DNA of 64,000 nt from an uncultured virus (IMG/VR IMGVR_UViG_3300005613_005441) (Duplodnaviria > Heunggongvirae > Uroviricota > Caudoviricetes), in IMG/VR virus record IMGVR_UViG_3300005613_005441. One strand, given 5' to 3'. Below, piece by piece: positions 1 to 8,676 of this stretch; positions within the stretch are counted from its first letter, which is position 1; every line of letters starts with the position of its first letter. The position numbers were made by a program, and so were the translations under genes. The notes under the pieces are model-generated. The model searched no databases and was not told the DNA's origin. It saw nothing but the letters and a program-made list of their open reading frames with translations.

Positions 1-1341
1 GCCTACCCGATTCCTGAACAGGTAGTCCAGCGCGGCTCCGGTGCCCGCCCCGCCGGCAGCGGCCAGCAGGTAAGGGAGCGCTCGGCGCCAGTCCGACTCC
101 CGGGCTTCCTTGTTCAAATTCCCCCGCGGGGTCTTCCTGACCAGTTGCCTGCCCAGCATGATAATCTGGTCCAGCAGTCCCTGCCTGGATTTCTCCGGCA
201 ATTCCTGATAAAACATACTCAGCGCACTCCAGGGCTTCATAACGTTTTTATCTGATATTTCAGACCGCAACAGGGTCTGTACCCCCCGTCTGAATTTGGC
301 AGGGTTGGTCACATCCACGCCCTGCGCCGCCAGTGTGTGCTTGAGATTAGCCACGGCCGCTTCGAACTCAGAAGGGTCGGCGAACCGGTAGTTCACCAGT
401 TCCTCTGTAAGAAAGGGACTATCAAGCAGTTTCTTTTTAAGCCTCTTTTTGATTTCGGTGCCCCCGGACCTTGTCGGCAGGTCCTGTGTCCGGTGAAGCA
501 GTTCCTCGCGGTAAGTGTCGGCTGTGTCAGCCTTATCCGGCGCCCTCCTGACAAAAGCTTCCGGCTGCCCTTTGCCGAACCCTTTCTTCGTACCGGTAAA
601 AGCCCAGCCTTCGTTGCCTCTTAGCCTTTTTGGCAGAATCTTGCTGAATTCCTGAGAATATTCCATGACTGTCCTTTTTCTGGACAGCGCTTCCGGAGAC
701 AGGTTCTGAATAGCCGGAATAGCCCTTCCCTGCCGGATCCTTCTGGACAGTTCCGTGCTGCGCGCTTTTTTCGCGCTTTCCAGCACTTTCGGGTAAGCTT
801 TTCCGTAGACCGGCCTGATGACATCTTCATAGGATTTTTCCTTAAGTTCCCAGGCAGGCTTTTCCTGGGCCTCCTTGCTCATCATCTCCATCTTGTCGCC
901 CACCTTGACGCTGTTGTGGGCGAACCAGCCCCGGTTGACCTCGAGCGCCATACTGCCGTAGCCCTGGACGCTGCTCAGGTCCTCCGGCTCCAGGTCCTTG
1001 ATATCGTTGATCACCCCGTCACTGCCGATGAAGGCGACGGACAGGGGGATAGTGGTGTTCTTCATCCAGAAGCTGAGCGGCTGATCGACACCGTAGAAAA
1101 ACAGCATCCCGGAGTTTCCGGGAAGTTCTGTGCGGCCCATCAGCCCCTGGGCCTGCTCGTCCATGGTGGTGACGACTTCGACAGACAACGGCACACCGCC
1201 TATGCGGATGTCGATGGCCTCCGCGGCGGCCTTGCTCATAGTGTAGTCCGATTTACCGACGTCGGCGCGCAGCTGGAGAGGACGGTCGATGATCTCCTTG
1301 TCCTTGATCCTCTTTTTGAGGTAATCAGCCAATCTTCCCAT
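1..1341 (-). CDS. Large protein with N-terminal DUF192-like domain, truncated by the window's left edge
   Basis: Hand translation from ATG at 1341 gives MGRLADYLKK...EQAQGLMGRTELPGNSGMLFFY...LSFWMKNTTIPLSVAFI...ALEVNRGWF, which matches the DUF192 signature. The frame stays open to position 1, so the ORF track omits it. Confidence 0.75.
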   Translation of the reverse strand, partial: MGRLADYLKKRIKDKEIIDRPLQLRADVGKSDYTMSKAAAEAIDIRIGGVPLSVEVVTTMDEQAQGLMGRTELPGNSGMLFFYGVDQPLSFWMKNTTIPLSVAFIGSDGVINDIKDLEPEDLSSVQGYGSMALEVNRGWFAHNSVKVGDKMEMMSKEAQEKPAWELKEKSYEDVIRPVYGKAYPKVLESAKKARSTELSRRIRQGRAIPAIQNLSPEALSRKRTVMEYSQEFSKILPKRLRGNEGWAFTGTKKGFGKGQPEAFVRRAPDKADTADTYREELLHRTQDLPTRSGGTEIKKRLKKKLLDSPFLTEELVNYRFADPSEFEAAVANLKHTLAAQGVDVTNPAKFRRGVQTLLRSEISDKNVMKPWSALSMFYQELPEKSRQGLLDQIIMLGRQLVRKTPRGNLNKEARESDWRRALPYLLAAAGGAGTGAALDYLFRNRVG

Positions 1342-1579
1342 CGCGGTAGTCCTTGAGCAAGTTGCGTTTGGCCCGGCGCCTGGTATTGGCTGACCGGGCA
1401 GAGCCTGTCTTCTTTTTAACCGGTTTGTTGCCCTGTCGGTGTCGTATCTTCATCTTGATAATATACCAGCTGCCGTAGGCAGGTTCCAGCAGGGGCTAAA
1501 AAAAAGCACAGACGGAAGGAGGGCATCGCTTCCATCTGTGCAGGGGAGAGAGGCCCATGGCAAGGCCCCTCGACTACTA

Positions 1580-2245
1580 TTATTTATTGGCTTCCTGTTC
1601 TTTTTTAGCGCAGGCCAGATCTTTTCCAAGCCCCGCTATATGGCTTTTCAGCAGGGCTCTGTCCGAAGCGGATCTCGCCTTTGGCCGGAGACGCTTGACC
1701 TTTCGAAGCGTCTTCTCCGCCAGCTTGGCGAACTCCCCGTAATCGGGCTCAGCCGGCTCGAGGATTAGATACCTGGCCCTCGAGTATTTTTCAAGCACCG
1801 AACACAGCCGCTTGCGGAACGATGTGCTGTAGCCGGTTCTGGCGCGCCCGGACCTGGCAGAAGTCCTGCCGCGGCTGAGCCCACCGGTAGACTTACCTTT
1901 ATCTCCGAAACTGCTGATAAGAACATTGCCTACTTTGCTCTTACCCCCGCCACGCATCTCCCGGTAGCACTTCGCTATCCAGTCGAGGTTTTTTATTCGG
2001 TTTACCGCCAGTGCCCGGCCGTCATCGGTGGAAGCATTGTTCTGCAGCTTCTCGAATTTGATCCGGTACTTTCTGATCAGTACCAGGAGTTGATCGAAAG
2101 CCTTAGGGTCCTTGGCGACTATCTTGGCCTGCTCGGCGGCGAATTCTTTGCCGAGGGCCTGGATCTTCTGATATTCGCTTTTCTTACCGGCCAGTACGGG
2201 CGCGGCGAATAATACCACCAATACTATCATCAGCAGCTTTTTCAT
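1580..2245 (-). CDS. Hypothetical exported protein
   Basis: Start at MKKLLMIVLVVLFAAPVLAG (signal-peptide-like), preceded by an AAGGAGG RBS. Confidence 0.55.
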   Translation of the reverse strand: MKKLLMIVLVVLFAAPVLAGKKSEYQKIQALGKEFAAEQAKIVAKDPKAFDQLLVLIRKYRIKFEKLQNNASTDDGRALAVNRIKNLDWIAKCYREMRGGGKSKVGNVLISSFGDKGKSTGGLSRGRTSARSGRARTGYSTSFRKRLCSVLEKYSRARYLILEPAEPDYGEFAKLAEKTLRKVKRLRPKARSASDRALLKSHIAGLGKDLACAKKEQEANK

Positions 2246-2690
2246 TCTCTGCCTCCTTTCTGGTCGCTTCCGCAACCAATTTGTCATACTGCGGGTTACC
2301 TGCATACCATACCTTGGCGCCTAAAGCATACCATGCAGCACCAATGACAATGGCGGATATGATCAGGACATAAAGAGCGTATTCCAAGATATCGTGGAAA
2401 GCGAATGCCCATACCGGCTGAAAATTAGCGCACCGTGCTGCCTGCTTCTCCGGCACTCCGATGTCCATCAGATCCTTCTCGTTGTAAAACACATCCTCGA
2501 AGTTCCCTTCAAGGACCGAGTCGACATAGCCGTGCAGCGCTTCGACCCGCAGGACCTTCCAGCCCGTGAAATATTCCACGGCCTTGCAGACGGTCTTCTC
2601 AGACAGTCCCTTGATCACTACGGAATTAGTGACACGTTTTTTATTACCACATATTACCAAATAAGTACGAAACATTTTACTGCCCTCCAT
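2184..2690 (-). CDS. Hypothetical membrane protein
   Basis: 168 aa ORF with one hydrophobic segment (YALYVLIISAIVIGAAWYAL). Confidence 0.5.
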   Translation of the reverse strand: MEGSKMFRTYLVICGNKKRVTNSVVIKGLSEKTVCKAVEYFTGWKVLRVEALHGYVDSVLEGNFEDVFYNEKDLMDIGVPEKQAARCANFQPVWAFAFHDILEYALYVLIISAIVIGAAWYALGAKVWYAGNPQYDKLVAEATRKEAENEKAADDSIGGIIRRARTGR

Positions 2691-2977
2691 AAATAGCAGT
2701 GCCGGCAGACCATTTTAAATGGCTGATGCCCGTCATTCATTAAAAAAGATCCGCCGACACTAAGATTAATCGACCCAGGGAAACTTGGACCAGTTCAGCT
2801 TACCGTTAATATAGTCCTTCACGGCGAGCATTACCTGGGTCTTGGTGAAATTCTTATAATCGAACCATATCACTCTTCCGGTGATCGGCTCTACGATGGC
2901 CGCCTGCCGCCGGCGATGGTCCTCGACGATCAGGTTGCCGGAACTGCGGGCTTCACGTACCTGCATAGACATCTCCT

Positions 2978-4063
2978 TTAAGGCCAGTTGATCCTTATTA
3001 CAACTTTTTTTGCTAAGCTCTTCCAGTTCCGGCGACAAAGCTGAAGCAGCCGGGTTCTGGTTTCTTCATACAAAAACCTATCGGTATTCATTATCCAGTC
3101 ATTTACCGAAAGAGTCTCGAGCTTTACCAGAATCTTTATTTTACCGAAAACATCCTCAACGGCTACAACACGCCCGGTCATCGCCGCCCGTCTCAACCAT
3201 AGCCCGTGCTGTCCTGCTATCACCGTCCAGTCCAACGGGCACAGTCCATATTTAAGGGCTATTTCCTCAACCCGCCCTCTCCGATGAGGGCTCTGGACAG
3301 ACCTGACTACACCTTGCTCACCAATTGTCGCAAGAGGCGTCCCGCTCTCTTCACGGATCAACGTCGCCCCGGGCAAATCAGGGTCCGGACCTACCAGGTA
3401 AATATCTTTTTTTAACCCGCTAGGGATAGAGACAATTGTCGGTTTCCTTCTGATCCACTCTTCGGAAGGCCGGTCCCGGCCTGAGTAAATATAGCTGAAA
3501 GTCTGCTTGTCAATGGACACTTTAAAGCAGTTCCAGCAAAGTTTGTTTACCGCTTTAAAAAGCTGTTGTCTGACACATCCTGGTGTCCGGCCGATCTCTT
3601 CTCCGTACTGAACAAGCGTATGCGTCTTCTCAAAAAGCAGAGCTTCCAGAAGCCGGCGCTCCTTTTCAGGCAGCTCTCCTATCTTATCATACATCGTCTG
3701 CCGGTCAATTAAATCCGTCACCGACATCGTTTCTGCCGGCAAAAGTGCCTGTTGTCTCTCAGCAGCCGCCAGCTCTTTAAGCGTTACTTCATTGGTCTGT
3801 ACCACTAATGGCGCCTTCTTAAAACCTCGGAAAGTTTCCGGCCAATCCTCAAGGATATCGACTACAATGCCTTCGTCCAAAAACACTTGTTCGATCTTTT
3901 GAACATATTTTGCAGACGGCCTGTTTAACAACCGGATAACAAAACTTATGTAATTCGGCGAACAGCCTACCCGACGAGCCAGTTCTGATTGGCTCCAGTT
4001 TAATCGGCGCAGCGCTGACCGCAATCCAGCATGTTTAAATCGTGTTTCGGCTGTTACCTTCAT
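2978..4063 (-). CDS. XRE-type HTH protein with an internal sigma-70 region 4-like HTH
   Basis: N-terminal LRSALRRLNWSQSELARRVGCSPNYIS; central LPEKERRLL...HTLVQYGEEIGRTPGCVRQQLFKAVNKL. Confidence 0.65.
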   Translation of the reverse strand: MKVTAETRFKHAGLRSALRRLNWSQSELARRVGCSPNYISFVIRLLNRPSAKYVQKIEQVFLDEGIVVDILEDWPETFRGFKKAPLVVQTNEVTLKELAAAERQQALLPAETMSVTDLIDRQTMYDKIGELPEKERRLLEALLFEKTHTLVQYGEEIGRTPGCVRQQLFKAVNKLCWNCFKVSIDKQTFSYIYSGRDRPSEEWIRRKPTIVSIPSGLKKDIYLVGPDPDLPGATLIREESGTPLATIGEQGVVRSVQSPHRRGRVEEIALKYGLCPLDWTVIAGQHGLWLRRAAMTGRVVAVEDVFGKIKILVKLETLSVNDWIMNTDRFLYEETRTRLLQLCRRNWKSLAKKVVIRINWP

Positions 4064-4686
4064 CTTTATGCCCTCCTATATTTTTGGTAGCTTATTAAAA
4101 AAAGCCGGCTTCCAGCTTGGCATGATCGGCCACACCAGGAACATACAGTAGCCGGTAGCCTTCCAGTACAGCAGGTTGGCGGAAAAGATCACTGCCGCCA
4201 GCACCAGGAACAATCCCAGCTTGTTCCCTTCTTCAGATGTCTCCGTCAATTTTTGCCATTTCATTGTTATGCCCTCCAGTTAAATTATTAGTAACAGTCT
4301 GCCATCCAAAACCCTTCCGCTATCGTGGGCCCCGGTTTCCTGTTTTTATTTTCATAAAAAATTATATCGTCAACATTATGATATCGTTTACGGCAGCTGA
4401 AAATCCTTTCATAGTAAAGAGCTGTCTGTAGCTTAAGGTCCATTTCCTGCGTGAGCTGCAGCTCCTGCTTCATCTCCAGTTTCGGCCCCTCCACATACTT
4501 AACGATTTTTATTTCTTCGTCCGAAGGGAGTAACTCTTCCCTCACTTTTTTAGCTTCCTCATAATCCTCTATCTGCTTGACTTCGGAGCTCCTTATTACT
4601 ATCAACTCCTTATCTCCCAGATAGCGATTTCCAATCCTTATTATCCATTTTGTTTCAGCCATGTTTATGCCCTCTTTTGTTGGTGT

Positions 4687-4736
4687 TAAGCTTCCGCTTA
4701 GATTATGATACCACAGTATTGTGGTAAATTAAGAGC
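4687..4736 (-). promoter_or_regulatory. 50-bp promoter-like element, copy 1
   Basis: Plus strand TAAGCTTCCGCTTAG-N25-AATTAAGAGC. The minus strand has an extended -10-like TGGTATCAT. A second copy lies at 7251-7300. Confidence 0.6.
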
Positions 4737-4847
4737 CTCCGAAGAGGCCCTTACGTTTATGCTCCTTGCCTCGCCACAGCGGAACATGCCTGTTTGAGCC
4801 TCGGCATTCCCATTCTCTCCATTACCGCAGCCCCGCAGGCTGTATCT
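4735..4847 (-). ncRNA. Single repeat/pentamer-periodic RNA unit downstream of the 179 aa gene
   Basis: Contains the conserved block TACCGCAGCCCCGCAGGCTG at 4823, a 5-nt periodic tract, and the hairpin GCCTCCGAAGAGGC. Confidence 0.6.
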
Positions 4848-5387
4848 TTATTCAATGGCCAGTTCCTTCTTAGCCTTTTTCGCTGTATTGACAAATTTCT
4901 TAAGCAGCTTGCCAGCGGTTACGCTCAGTCCGAAAAAGTCGAGTAGCCTGTTATATTTGTTGACAAACGCTGTAAAATCAGCAGTGGCTTCATCCAGCAC
5001 CTGCACCCGGTATTCCGGCTCGTCCATGATGTTCTTGACCGACAGGTACGTAGCGTGCTTATCTTTCTCATCCGCCCGCAGATCATCTTTGACCACATGA
5101 TAGACCCTTACCGGCACTTCTTTTTCCTGTTCTTCCGGATCTTCTTCTTCGTAGACCACGATGCTCCGGATCATTTGTCCGGCCTGCTCAAGACGGTATT
5201 TATCAGCCGCCTCTTTGTCATCCCATTCAAAATCATCATGAATAGGGGACTTGACTGGTTTTGCCGCTTTCACGACCAGCTTCTTATCGAGATATCCGTT
5301 CTTATCTTCGATATCATTAAAAAGCTCAGCTGCTTTCTCCGGGTCCGCCTTAAAACACGTTCTCGGTTTCCACTTGTAGATAGCCAT
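4848..5387 (-). CDS. Conserved phage protein, likely accessory to the Cas7-like gene
   Basis: Motif VVKAAKPVKSPIHDDFEWDDKEAADKYRLEQAGQMIRSIVV is typical of a widespread phage family. The gene has an AAGGAGG RBS and lies inside the repeat cassette. Confidence 0.65.
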   Translation of the reverse strand: MAIYKWKPRTCFKADPEKAAELFNDIEDKNGYLDKKLVVKAAKPVKSPIHDDFEWDDKEAADKYRLEQAGQMIRSIVVYEEEDPEEQEKEVPVRVYHVVKDDLRADEKDKHATYLSVKNIMDEPEYRVQVLDEATADFTAFVNKYNRLLDFFGLSVTAGKLLKKFVNTAKKAKKELAIE

Positions 5388-5419
5388 GCTATCCTCCTTA
5401 TTTGTTGTTATTAAAATTT

Positions 5420-6385
5420 AAACCGCTACGCTGCGCGCCACTACTTGCCACTCCTGTGTTCTCCGCTCTCTAGCCTACCATTACCGCAGACCCGCAGGCT
5501 GCATCTTAAATTGGTTCCTCCCTGAAAGGACAGAGCCTCCGAAGAGGCCCTTGCCTGTGCTTTCCGCTACACACCCCTTCGCGCCTGTACTATGCGCTCC
5601 GAGACTTTTCGTAACAGGCCTCGCCTTTACCGCAAGCCCGCAGCTTGCATCTTAAATTGTTTCCCGGCTGAAAGGTCTCCGTGCTACACCGCACCCTTCG
5701 ATACCCATCAATGCCGCAACATGCCAATTTTTACTTACCTATCCTCTACCCTAATCCTTATGACTAGATTTCAAATTGTTTCCGGCTGAAAAGGCCCTTG
5801 CCATGCCGCATAACATCCAATACGCTACTCACCTATCTATACCGCTACCGCAGCACAGTAGTCTGCCTTTTAAATTATTTCCTCCCTGAAGCCTCCGAAG
5901 AGGCCCTTGCGCCTACATTCCGCTGTTTTCCGCTACCGGACTTGCCTGTGCGCTACTCACCTCGACAGTACTTACCTCTACCGCAGCCCCGCAGGCTGCA
6001 TCTTAAATTGGTTCCTCCCTGAAGGCAAGAACCATGCTCCTCCAAGCCATTTCTGATTGCTCTACTCCTCACCCGTCCCGTCCGTGACATACCAGAACCG
6101 TCCTTTACCGCAGCCCCGCAGGCTGCATCTTGAATTGTTATCCGGCTGAAAAGACCCTTGCCGGTACTTACCTTACCCCGCCATTACTCAACCATGGCCG
6201 ACCTCTTCAATACGCGCCTCTTCTCTCCACGCCTCTACCATAGCTCTTGGGCTATATTAAAATTGGTTCCTCCCTGAAAAAAAGCAGGGCTCCCGGAGGA
6301 GCCCGTGCCTCGCACTTACTCGCCTAGTCAAGCCTGTTCTTGACAAACCGGTATCTGCCTCTACCGTAATCCAAAGGATCACATA
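5420..6385 (-). repeat. Tandem array of 8 units: a conserved ~45-nt hairpin block alternating with variable 5-nt-periodic tracts
   Basis: The block TACCGCAGCCCCGCAGGCTGCATCTTAAATTGGTTCCTCCCTGAA or a variant begins at 5482, 5628, 5747, 5846, 5979, 6106, 6236 and 6362. In the tracts between blocks, C recurs every 5 nt on the plus strand. Confidence 0.85.
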
Positions 6386-7012
6386 TTAAGCATCATGTAC
6401 TTCGGTGACGTCAAATTGACCGAAAGTACCGTTTTTGTCAGGGCGGTGTTCATGCAGTCCGATATTACTGGCCAAAGAAGCCAGGTTGACCACCGAATTC
6501 TTATCGATGATATCGGCATTGTATTTCAACGGGACCTTCACGCTCCATTTTTCATAGCGAGCACGATAGCGAAGATCCGCAGGCCGCGAGGGCCCGGCAA
6601 GCCGGACAACACTGCGATCCATATGCAGGTCTTTCTCGTCAAACTCGATCTTCAGCAGATCACGATCGATATGGATGGCCCGGCGCAACGAAGTCTTCGG
6701 AAATTCCGTGAAAGTGCCTGCCGCGTCGATCATGGCGTTCTTGAAGCCCATTGCCTTGATCCCATGGTTCTTTCCGTCTTTCATCAGATAAATGGAACCC
6801 TCGTATTCTGCTTCAGGATCCCGGACTTTCCGTTTTGCCATCTTACTGCCGGCCGGAGAGGTCTGCTTCTTCTCGATCTCATCCATGGCCCTCTCGCTGA
6901 AACGATTGACAATAAGCGGCGTAGTCCCCACGATAGTGAGCATGATATTTTTGATGTTGGGCTTAGGAATCTTGAGTTCCTCGGTTACAGGTGCTTTTTT
7001 CTTAGTTGCCAT
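6386..7012 (-). CDS. Cas7/RAMP-like phage protein (possibly Vipr-like)
   Basis: RAMP-like pattern: LTIVGTTPLIVN near the N-terminus, IKAMGFKNAMIDAAG, LRYRARYEKWSVKVPLKY, and a glycine-rich C-terminal loop IGLHEHRPDKNGTFGQFDV. The gene is flanked by the repeat units. Confidence 0.6.
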   Translation of the reverse strand: MATKKKAPVTEELKIPKPNIKNIMLTIVGTTPLIVNRFSERAMDEIEKKQTSPAGSKMAKRKVRDPEAEYEGSIYLMKDGKNHGIKAMGFKNAMIDAAGTFTEFPKTSLRRAIHIDRDLLKIEFDEKDLHMDRSVVRLAGPSRPADLRYRARYEKWSVKVPLKYNADIIDKNSVVNLASLASNIGLHEHRPDKNGTFGQFDVTEVHDA

Positions 7013-7114
7013 TTTACTAACTCCTTTTGTTGATGGCTGACTTTTTCAGCCATTCTCAATAAAAATGCCTTGCTGCCTGTCCTGCACTCCTCTGTTATTA
7101 ACAATTAAAACCTG

Positions 7115-7240
7115 GGCGCACCTCACGCCACGCCGCCAGAACGCTCCCCTTCGTTCCATGCAGCTCCCCTTCGTTCCATGCAGCTCCAAGCCTCTACCAC
7201 AGCCACGCAAGCTGTATTATATTATCCTTTTCAGGGGGAT
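7115..7240 (-). ncRNA. Leader copy of the repeat/pentamer unit upstream of the Cas7-like gene
   Basis: Block TACCACAGCCACGCAAGCTGT at 7195, plus a periodic tract with a 20-nt tandem duplication (GCTCCCCTTCGTTCCATGCA x2), which equals exactly 4 pentamers. Confidence 0.6.
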
Positions 7241-7250
7241 GAATAAGACG

Positions 7251-7300
7251 TAAGCTTCCGCTTAGTATATACTACCAAAGAACCGGGGATAATTAAGAGC
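7251..7300 (-). promoter_or_regulatory. 50-bp promoter-like element, copy 2
   Basis: TAAGCTTCCGCTTAG-N25-AATTAAGAGC, with the same ends and spacing as 4687-4736. Confidence 0.6.
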
Positions 7301-7301
7301 T

Positions 7302-7329
7302 AAAAAGGGCCTGTGATTTAGGCCCTTTT
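7302..7329. terminator. Intrinsic terminator hairpin, probably bidirectional
   Basis: AAAAAGGGCCT-GTGATTT-AGGCCCTTTT, just after the stop of 7352-8476. Confidence 0.6.
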
Positions 7330-7351
7330 CTGTGGTATTTGGGGTAAGCTT

Positions 7352-8476
7352 TTACTTGCCTGAGACTTTCTTCAGGCCTTCTTTATATGTTTCTTCACGC
7401 GCATTGCGTACAGCATCTCCCCTGAGCTTCTTAGCTATTAGATCAAGTTTGAATAAATGCCCGTTAGCCTGGACTTCGTCCAGAATTATATCGGTCTCTC
7501 CAGAAGCAACCAGCTCATCATGCCTTTTAAGATACGGATAGTTAGTCTGAATTCCAAGTATCTCGTAAGCTTCGCGCCAAACAGAACTGATTACTGATCC
7601 GAATACCCGATTGGTTTTCCCTCTGGTTTTTTTCTTTATATACGGAATAACCTTTGCAGCAGCATTAACTGATATTGCAGCGGTAGCCGATATATTTGCC
7701 CCTATCTGATCCCGGATAACTTCGTTAGTCATACCAGCCTCTTCTGGATCAAGCGGGAATTCCTCCGGAGCCTTTTCTTTTAATTCACCGACCTGCGAAG
7801 CCACCTCATCTCTGATCATCTGCTGCAGCGTAGGATCAGGAGGCGGCGGTACTACGGTATCGGGCGCCCTGGATTGTGTAATAGGCTCGTCCTTAGGTTT
7901 ATTGCTAACCGGAGGCGGCGGTGGTATGTCTGCCGGCTGTGAATTAGTTAACTCTTTTTCAGATAATCCCGGAAGATAACCTGTTTTTACCGCATTCTTA
8001 TCTTTGCTGTAACCAAAAGGCGGACCATGGTGTTTCTTTGAACGCCCTTCAGTGTCCTCAGGCCGTTCCTTATCAGGATACAACCAAGGCATGCTGTACA
8101 TCCTGTTAACAAAGGCCACTCCGCTGCTTTTTGCTTCATTAGACGGCTCAAGCGACTTAAATAATTTTTTTGCGCCTTCCCAGTTAGTCGCCACCGTCCG
8201 ATAAGGCTTTTTCTCTTGCTCTTCTACCAGCGGTTTGGCAAAAACACAGTCAGGATCTTTATCCAGCTCTCTCCAAATATGGGTCATCCCTCTACGGTCG
8301 TAGCCCATTCCTGCCAGCAAACTCCAGAAAAGTGGAAAGCTTTCACCCTCCTTATCGACTATGTAGTAGATTATAGATCCGGCCACAGGATACTCCCATA
8401 CTGGGAATCTGCCGTCCGCCTTTTCCAGTTCTTTTTTTACCTGCTGTTTGCTTTTCTTCTGATTCTGCGTACTCAT
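7352..8476 (-). CDS. Hypothetical protein, possibly antirepressor-like DNA-binding, with a Pro-rich linker
   Basis: 374 aa ORF with a GAGGAG RBS; the family assignment is weak. Confidence 0.45.
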   Translation of the reverse strand: MSTQNQKKSKQQVKKELEKADGRFPVWEYPVAGSIIYYIVDKEGESFPLFWSLLAGMGYDRRGMTHIWRELDKDPDCVFAKPLVEEQEKKPYRTVATNWEGAKKLFKSLEPSNEAKSSGVAFVNRMYSMPWLYPDKERPEDTEGRSKKHHGPPFGYSKDKNAVKTGYLPGLSEKELTNSQPADIPPPPPVSNKPKDEPITQSRAPDTVVPPPPDPTLQQMIRDEVASQVGELKEKAPEEFPLDPEEAGMTNEVIRDQIGANISATAAISVNAAAKVIPYIKKKTRGKTNRVFGSVISSVWREAYEILGIQTNYPYLKRHDELVASGETDIILDEVQANGHLFKLDLIAKKLRGDAVRNAREETYKEGLKKVSGK

Positions 8477-8676
8477 AACACGTGCTCCTCTATTTTAGTT
8501 AACTATTTCTCTCCTCCTCTTTCCTCACATGTAGTATACCACAGACTACTGAATTATCAAATACCACACCAAGGAGTCATCAGCTGCCGAACAACTACGA
8601 ACAACTATATATACCGTATTTGCTATATATAGACAACATCTGACAACTCCTGACAGCTAAATTTTTTTTCAATTTT

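Noticed and set aside
5420..6385. Canonical CRISPR array
   Set aside because: The repeats are degenerate, the intervening tracts are long, variable in length and 5-nt periodic rather than foreign-like spacers, and no cas1/cas2 or other cas operon is present.
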